Shown here piece after piece: positions 58,146 through 64,000 of a stretch of DNA of 64,000 nt. Numbering within the stretch: position 1 is the stretch's first letter; the number at the start of each line of letters is the position of its first letter. A model generated the notes under the pieces. That model was not told the DNA's origin, ran no database searches, and saw only the letters and a program-made list of their open reading frames with translations. The translations under genes were made by a program, and so were the position numbers. This DNA comes from Herpetosiphon geysericola (GTDB lineage Bacteria > Chloroflexota > Chloroflexia > Chloroflexales > Herpetosiphonaceae): contig NZ_LGKP01000040.1 of assembly GCF_001306135.1 (NCBI RefSeq), forward strand, positions 216,726 through 280,725. The letters run 5' to 3'.

Positions 58146-59395
58146 ACTATTGCATCTTGGCGCTTGGCTCACGGGGCGATGTACAGCCGTTTATCGCTTT
58201 GGCGCTTGGTTTGCAGGCCCAAGGGCATCAGGTTGTTATCGCCGCCGCCCACGATTATTGGGCGCTGGTCGAAGGCTATGGTTGTCGCTTTGCACCCTTG
58301 ATTGGCTCGATTCAAGCCTTGCTTGATCCTGAGCAAATGGCAGCGGGCTTGGCAGCAGGTCGCGGCGCGATTATCAAACAATTTCTGCACCAAACGCCGC
58401 CAATTATTCAGCAATTAATGACCGACGCGTTAGCCGCCTGTCGTGATGCAGATTGTTTGATTGTGGCGAGTTTAGGGTTCTGGCCTGCTTTACATCTCGC
58501 TGAGCATTTGCAAATTCCGGTGGTGGTGGTGCATATGCATCCGTATGGCGCTAGCAGCCAAACGGCGCATCATTTTACGCCGCAATTGGCGTGGCCTGCC
58601 TATCGCCGCATGAGCTATGCGCTAGCCGAACAAGTGCAATGGCAAGTGTTGCGCATGGCCTTCAATCAAGCGCGGCAACAGGTTTTGCAACGACCAGGCT
58701 TGAGTGTCGGTCAACTGTGGCAACGTAGCCGCCAGTTTGAGCCGCCAAGTTTGTATGCCTATAGCGCGTTGGTTGCGCCGCCGCCTGCACGTTGGCAGAA
58801 CTCTGGCTCAATTACCGGCTATTGGATGCTCGAACCAGCGTCAGATTGGCAAGCGCCAGCGGCAGTGAGTGATTGGCTGGCAGCAGGCCCAGCCCCAATC
58901 GCCGTGAGTTTTGGCAGTATGATCCATGGCCAACAGCGGGGCGCGGAATTAAGCCAATTGCTGATTGCAGCCAGCCAAAAAGCCAAGGTGCGATTGATTA
59001 TCAACCAAGGTTGGGGCGATTTGGCTCAGGGCCAGCTCCCAGCCAATTGCGTTGCAGCTAATGGCTTGGATTATGCTTGGCTGTTTGGGCAAGTTGCGGC
59101 GGTGGTGCATCATGGCGGGGCAGGCGTAACGGCAACCGCATTGCATGCCGCCAAGCCAGCGTTGGTCACGCCATTTTTGGGCGACCAATATTTTTGGGGC
59201 CAGCGGGTGTATGCTTTAAAAAATGGGCCAGCGCCTGTGCCAGCTAATCGATTGCAGATCGATCGTTTGGCGCAGCTATTGCGCAGCCTGAGCGAACGCA
59301 CTGATTATCAACTCGCAGCCCAGCAGATCGCCAGCAAACTAGCCACTGAGCATGGCGTACAACAAGCAATCGCATGGCTAGACCAACGATTTTGA
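58142..59395 (+). CDS. Glycosyltransferase family 1 (UDP-glycosyltransferase, MGT/GT28 N-terminal type)
   Basis: LGSRGDVQPFIALALGLQAQGH N-terminal acceptor-domain motif and a C-terminal HHGGAG donor-binding motif. Confidence 0.7.
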   Translation: MNYCILALGSRGDVQPFIALALGLQAQGHQVVIAAAHDYWALVEGYGCRFAPLIGSIQALLDPEQMAAGLAAGRGAIIKQFLHQTPPIIQQLMTDALAACRDADCLIVASLGFWPALHLAEHLQIPVVVVHMHPYGASSQTAHHFTPQLAWPAYRRMSYALAEQVQWQVLRMAFNQARQQVLQRPGLSVGQLWQRSRQFEPPSLYAYSALVAPPPARWQNSGSITGYWMLEPASDWQAPAAVSDWLAAGPAPIAVSFGSMIHGQQRGAELSQLLIAASQKAKVRLIINQGWGDLAQGQLPANCVAANGLDYAWLFGQVAAVVHHGGAGVTATALHAAKPALVTPFLGDQYFWGQRVYALKNGPAPVPANRLQIDRLAQLLRSLSERTDYQLAAQQIASKLATEHGVQQAIAWLDQRF

Positions 59396-59419
59396 ACTTT
59401 TTAATGACGAGGTAGTACT

Positions 59420-60406
59420 ATGCAGTTTCCTCTGCGCATCGCCGGCATCGGCGCTTACGTTCCAGCAACCATCGTTACCACAAGCGAATTAGCCGAGCGC
59501 TTTGGGGTTGATCCAAGCATCATTGAGCGCACTACGGGCATTACCGAGCGCCGTTATGCGGTGGAAGAAACTGCCTTGACGATGGCAGTCCAAGCCTCGC
59601 AACAAGCGCTCGCCGATGCCAAGTATGAGCTTGATAGTATCGATTTGATTGTGGTGGCAGCGGCAGGCATGCATCAATACATTCCATGTACCGCCGCATT
59701 GTTGCAAAAGGCTTTACAAGCACCAGCGGGTCGGAGCGCATGTTTCGATTTAAACGCTACCTGTTTAAGTTTTCTGTTTGGCTTGCAATTGTTAGCGCCC
59801 TTGATTGCCAGCGGAGTATATCAACGGGTGCTGTTGGTCAGCACTGAACGCGCTTCGGTTGCGCTCAACCCCAACGAATGGCAATCGACAGCCTTGTTTG
59901 GCGATGCAGCGGCGGCAGTTATTTTGGAGCGTGGCGATGGCAGCAGCAGCCTCGAACGAAGCCAATTTACCACTTGGAGCAATGGTAGCGATTTGATTCA
60001 AATTCGCGGCGGCGGCTCTAACCAGCATCCCAATGCAGCCACCACCACGCCTGACATGAATTGGTTTTCGATGCAAGGGCCGTTGGCGTTTCGCTTTGTG
60101 TTTCGTGAGCTTCAGGAATTTGTAAAGCAATTTTTGCTCGATCTTGGCTGGCAAAATCACGAAGTCGATGCTTTGATTCCACATCAAGCCAACCGCCATG
60201 CAATTGAGCAAGTGCAAGTGCGCTTAGGCTTTACAGCTGATCAAGTGATTAGCAATTTTGCCAAACGTGGCAATTGTGTTGCTGCCTCAATTCCCTTGGC
60301 TTTGGCCGAAGCTGTGGCCGAGGGCCGCATCCAACGCGGCAATCGACTGGTGCTACTTGGCTCGGGCGCTGGCATCACCTTGGGCGTGGTGGCCTTAATT
60401 TACTAG
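59420..60406 (+). CDS. 3-oxoacyl-ACP synthase III (FabH/KAS III-like condensing enzyme)
   Basis: 328 aa. FabH-like N-terminus and an active-site region ...CLSFLFG...; His/Asn region HQANRHAIE. Confidence 0.7.
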   Translation: MQFPLRIAGIGAYVPATIVTTSELAERFGVDPSIIERTTGITERRYAVEETALTMAVQASQQALADAKYELDSIDLIVVAAAGMHQYIPCTAALLQKALQAPAGRSACFDLNATCLSFLFGLQLLAPLIASGVYQRVLLVSTERASVALNPNEWQSTALFGDAAAAVILERGDGSSSLERSQFTTWSNGSDLIQIRGGGSNQHPNAATTTPDMNWFSMQGPLAFRFVFRELQEFVKQFLLDLGWQNHEVDALIPHQANRHAIEQVQVRLGFTADQVISNFAKRGNCVAASIPLALAEAVAEGRIQRGNRLVLLGSGAGITLGVVALIY

Positions 60407-60409
60407 GAA

Positions 60410-61162
60410 TTGGCAATGGTTGTGTTGATTACTGGGGCTGGCACTGGCCTTGGTCAGGCCATGGCGCTGGCCTTGGCCAAACGGGGTGCGACAATTATTT
60501 TGGTTGGTCGGCGCCCAGAAAAGCTAGCCCATAGTGCTGGCTTGATTACCCAGGCAGGCGGCCAAGCGTGGCCAATTGTTTGCGATCTAAGTGATCAGCA
60601 GGCGGTGGAAACACTCGCCAACCAGATTAAACACCGCTATCTTCAGCTCGATTTAATCATTCATAATGCAGCAATTTTGGCTGGTGGCGTTTTTGAGCAG
60701 CTGCCTGAACAGAACATTTTAGCTGCAATTAATGCCAATCTGGTAGCCCCAATTTGGCTTACCCGCCAACTCTTGCCCAAAGCAATCTTGATTGTGGGCA
60801 GCACGGTCAGCAGGGTTGCCATGCCCGGCGCAAGCCTGTATAGCCTGAGCAAAGCGGCACTTGAGGCATGGGGCTTGGCGCTCGCCGCGGAAACCACAAT
60901 CAGGGTTGTGCGGGCCTATCCGCCAGCCAGCAAAACCGCAATGACCGCTGCTATGGCCAAACAAAGCGGCCACCGTTTTCCCCTAGCCGAGCCAAACCAC
61001 GTAGGCGAGCACATTATTCGGCACTATTTGGCAGGCGAAACCGAAATTATACTGAGTATCAATGATCGATTGCTTTTTTGGCTGCAACGCTACAGCCCAA
61101 AACTGCTCCAAGCATTACTCAAACGCTATCATCGCCAGCTAATCAAGCTTTGGAGCGCCTAG
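60410..61162 (+). CDS. SDR-family oxidoreductase
   Basis: VLITGAGTGLGQA glycine motif and a YSLSKAAL catalytic Y-x3-K. Confidence 0.8.
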   Translation: MAMVVLITGAGTGLGQAMALALAKRGATIILVGRRPEKLAHSAGLITQAGGQAWPIVCDLSDQQAVETLANQIKHRYLQLDLIIHNAAILAGGVFEQLPEQNILAAINANLVAPIWLTRQLLPKAILIVGSTVSRVAMPGASLYSLSKAALEAWGLALAAETTIRVVRAYPPASKTAMTAAMAKQSGHRFPLAEPNHVGEHIIRHYLAGETEIILSINDRLLFWLQRYSPKLLQALLKRYHRQLIKLWSA

Positions 61163-61236
61163 CCCAAGCATTTGACAAACCAAACCCAGCCAATTACAAT
61201 TGTTGCCTTGTTGATACTTAATATCAATAATTACTA

Positions 61237-62805
61237 ATGAAAGGTTTGGCAATGCGGCGTTTTGGTGCTCAGCTTTCAGGGCTGATTCTGCTTCTCAATC
61301 TGTTAATCGCCTGTGGCACAGCCAGCGAAACAACTCAAACAACAACTTCGACGAATGCAACGAGCGAGCAAACGGCCAATCCAAATGGCGTGTTGCGGAT
61401 TGGTACTGGTATCAATCTGCCAGTTGGTTTGGATGTAGCTCAAGGCTCGACTGGCTACAACATGGTGACCTATGGCGCAGGCGAAACCCTCATGCGCTTT
61501 ACAGCCGATAACCAGCTTAAGCCGTGGTTGGCCGAAAGCGTCAGCGCGCTCGATGCTACGACCTGGCAAATTAAACTGCGCCAAGGTGTGCGCTTTCACG
61601 ATGGCAGCGAACTCAAGGCCAGCGATGTAGTTACCTCATTCAACAGTAGCTGGCAAAACTTGAGTGCCGCCAAAAACTTCATTCCTGCAGATAGCAAAAC
61701 CACAGTGATTGATGATTACACCCTCAACTTGAGCACCAGCCAAGCTGAAGGCAGCATTCCCTATAGCCTTGCCAACTGGAATTTCGTCATTCACAAGCCT
61801 GCGCTGAATGGCGTTTCAGTTTTGACTGGCATGTATCAACCAATCAGCCTCGAAAAAGACCAAGAATTGGTGCTCGAACGCTTTGCCAATTATTGGGATG
61901 GTCAGGCAGGCCTGCAAAAAATCATTGTCAAGAAAATTCCCGATGCCAATGCCCGTTCTTTGGCGTTGCAAAGCGGCGATTTAGATCTGTTGACCAATGT
62001 TGCGCCTGATCTGGCCAGCGGCCTACCAGCAGATATTGAGCTTCAGAGCGTTGCTGGCACGCGTATGCATTATGTTATGTTGGATAGTGCAAATCCACCA
62101 TTCGATGATCGTTTGGTGCGCCAAGCGCTGACATTGGCAATCGATCGCCAAGCATTGTTGCAAGCGACGCTTGATGGTCAAGGTGCAGTCGCAACCAATC
62201 TCTATCCAGCAAGTGTTGGGATTGAACTTGTCGAAGCCCAAATTTTTGATCCAGCCCAAGCAGCCACATTGCTTGACCAAGCAGGCTGGGTTGTCGGCAG
62301 CGATGGAATGCGCAGCAAAAATGGCCAACCACTGGCATTTACCTTGCACAGCTACCCAGGCCGCGCCGAACTAACCTTGATGGCAATCGCGATTCAAGCC
62401 CAATTAAAAGACCTCGGGATCACCGTCGAGGTCAAGGAAGTGACCGATATTGGCGAAATCGTCGAAAAAGGCAACTTCAACGCCAGTATGTATTCCATCG
62501 GCACTTCGCCAGATCCCCAATATACGGTTGGCACGACCCTAATTAAAGGTGCGGCCTACAACTACACTGGCTATAGCAACCCAGCAATTGAAAGCGCTTT
62601 TGCAGAGCTACGCGCCGAGCAAGACCATGCCAAACGAATCGCAATTGCCAAGCGGATTCAAACCGAGGTCAAAAACGATCCGGTGAATGTATACCTTGCC
62701 AGCCCGCCGCTGATTACGGCCTATCGTAAGGGCAGCCTCAGTGGCTATGTGCCAAATCCCAATGATGTGTATTTGATCACCAAGGAATTGAAACTCAATC
62801 AATGA
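61237..62805 (+). CDS. ABC transporter substrate-binding lipoprotein (family 5, peptide/nickel type)
   Basis: Lipoprotein signal (LIACGT). 522 aa. Directly followed by DppB/DppC-like permeases. Confidence 0.8.
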   Translation: MKGLAMRRFGAQLSGLILLLNLLIACGTASETTQTTTSTNATSEQTANPNGVLRIGTGINLPVGLDVAQGSTGYNMVTYGAGETLMRFTADNQLKPWLAESVSALDATTWQIKLRQGVRFHDGSELKASDVVTSFNSSWQNLSAAKNFIPADSKTTVIDDYTLNLSTSQAEGSIPYSLANWNFVIHKPALNGVSVLTGMYQPISLEKDQELVLERFANYWDGQAGLQKIIVKKIPDANARSLALQSGDLDLLTNVAPDLASGLPADIELQSVAGTRMHYVMLDSANPPFDDRLVRQALTLAIDRQALLQATLDGQGAVATNLYPASVGIELVEAQIFDPAQAATLLDQAGWVVGSDGMRSKNGQPLAFTLHSYPGRAELTLMAIAIQAQLKDLGITVEVKEVTDIGEIVEKGNFNASMYSIGTSPDPQYTVGTTLIKGAAYNYTGYSNPAIESAFAELRAEQDHAKRIAIAKRIQTEVKNDPVNVYLASPPLITAYRKGSLSGYVPNPNDVYLITKELKLNQ

Positions 62806-63752
62806 GTACGCTGCTTCGCCACATTGCTGGGCGCTTGCTCAGCGGGCTGATCGTCTTATGGATGGTCAGCGTGCTGGCCTTTCTGATTATTCATGCAGCC
62901 CCAGGCGACCCAGCCCGCATGCTGTTGAATGCCAACGGCCTCGATGCGCCGCCAGTCGAAGCGGTCGAGGCCAAACGGCGCGAGCTTGGCCTCGACCAGC
63001 CGTTGATTAACCAATATAGCAATTGGATTGGCGGCATTCTACAGGGCAATGTTGGCAACAGCTACCATTCGGGCAAGCCTGTTTGGCTGATGTATCGCGA
63101 GCGTTTGCCAGCGACCTTGCTGATGGCAGGCTTGGCCTTGCTGCTCTCACTAAGCATTGCAATCCCCTTGGGCTTGCTCAGTGCTATCAAACGCCACAGT
63201 TTATTAGATCATGCGGCGCAACTGTTGGCAGTCATCGGGGCGGCAATTCCTGGCTTTTGGATTGGCTTGGTGCTGATTTTGGTCTTTGCTGCCAAACTGC
63301 GTTGGTTGCCAGCCTTGGGCAGTGCCACATTTAAAGGCATGCTTCTGCCAGCTATTATTTTGGCCTTGCCCAATATAGCCCTGACTTCGCGGCTCGTGCG
63401 TGCGACGACGCTCGATGTGCTGAATCAACAATACATCGTAACTGCGCGGGCCAAAGGGCGTTCGGAATATGGCTTGTTATTTGCCCATGCCCTGCCTAAT
63501 GTTGCGGCCAGCCTGATCACCCCAATGAGCCTAGAAATAGCATTTTTGCTGACTGGGACAGTGATTATTGAGCATGTTTTTGCCTATCCTGGGATTGGGC
63601 GCATGGCGGTTGAGGCAGCGTTAATTGGCGATATGCCAGTTTTGGGTTTGGCGGTGTTGATTGCAGGAGGAATCTATGTTGTCGCTAACTGGTGCGCTGA
63701 CCTCGGCATGGCAGCGCTTGACCCACGGCTCCGCCAACTTCACCAACGCTAA
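62802..63752 (+). CDS. ABC transporter permease (DppB/OppB-like)
   Basis: 316 aa with 6 TM helices. EAA-like motif region (ARAKGRSEYGLLFAHALPN). Confidence 0.85.
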   Translation: MSTLLRHIAGRLLSGLIVLWMVSVLAFLIIHAAPGDPARMLLNANGLDAPPVEAVEAKRRELGLDQPLINQYSNWIGGILQGNVGNSYHSGKPVWLMYRERLPATLLMAGLALLLSLSIAIPLGLLSAIKRHSLLDHAAQLLAVIGAAIPGFWIGLVLILVFAAKLRWLPALGSATFKGMLLPAIILALPNIALTSRLVRATTLDVLNQQYIVTARAKGRSEYGLLFAHALPNVAASLITPMSLEIAFLLTGTVIIEHVFAYPGIGRMAVEAALIGDMPVLGLAVLIAGGIYVVANWCADLGMAALDPRLRQLHQR

Positions 63753-63813
63753 ACAGGTTGAAGAGCAACGCACAAAGCCGCAATTAAGCAGCATTGGGCG
63801 CGTGGCCGCTGGA

Positions 63814-64000
63814 ATGTTGCTGCTCATGGTTGTGGCAGTCAGTATTGGGCCATTATTTTGGCAGGTCGATCCGCTGGCGCAACATATTGGGCAACGGTTG
63901 AATCCGCCATCGTTGAGCAATCCGCTTGGCACCGATCAATTTGGGCGTGATGTTTTAGCTCGAATATTGATCGGCGGACGCTGGTCGTTAGCGGGAGCGG
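63814..64000 (+). CDS. ABC transporter permease (DppC/OppC-like), 3'-truncated by the window end
   Basis: N-terminal TM helix then PLGTDQFGRDVLARIL, the typical DppC N-terminus. The start is approximate. Confidence 0.6.
   Translation, partial: MLLLMVVAVSIGPLFWQVDPLAQHIGQRLNPPSLSNPLGTDQFGRDVLARILIGGRWSLAGA

Overview
This 64 kb window is a chromosomal segment with about 50% GC. The proteins have a Chloroflexi flavour, possibly a gliding filamentous organism such as Herpetosiphon; this is a low-confidence impression from the protein sequences only. It is densely coding on both strands, with about 70 genes. Housekeeping genes recognised from sequence include lepA, panD, moeA, cls, upp, uvsE, clpS/aat, a dipeptide-type ABC importer, an ECF sigma/anti-sigma pair and LysR and TetR regulators. 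Accessory content: (1) a degenerate IS200/IS605 copy (tnpA with an in-frame TGA, tnpB with a +1 frameshift, and a right-end hairpin), with a small Xis-like HTH gene and palindromic operators next to it; (2) a bacterial major-vault-protein-like gene (MVP repeats, SPFH-like shoulder, coiled coil) inside a repeat-rich island of 9-bp-phased CACGAAG motifs, flanking inverted repeats and a ~220-bp tandem duplication that copies the gene's 3' end; (3) a four-gene operon of DUF4388, a CvnD-like Ras-type GTPase, a Roadblock/LC7 protein and a protoglobin, i.e. a conservon-like GTPase switch with a globin in place of the kinase; (4) a six-gene lipid or secondary-metabolite-type operon (3beta-HSD-like, MBL hydrolase, F390-synthetase-like ligase, GT1, KAS III, SDR); (5) a secreted S8 protease fused to a C-terminal cupredoxin; (6) a tandem triplication of a small membrane protein; (7) two tandem GT21-like glycosyltransferases; (8) a sensor kinase divergent from a vWA membrane protein. 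I found no CRISPR array and no rRNA or tRNA genes. Some coordinates are approximate because I could not count every base reliably by eye. Where I changed a start codon from the ORF track this is noted in the evidence.
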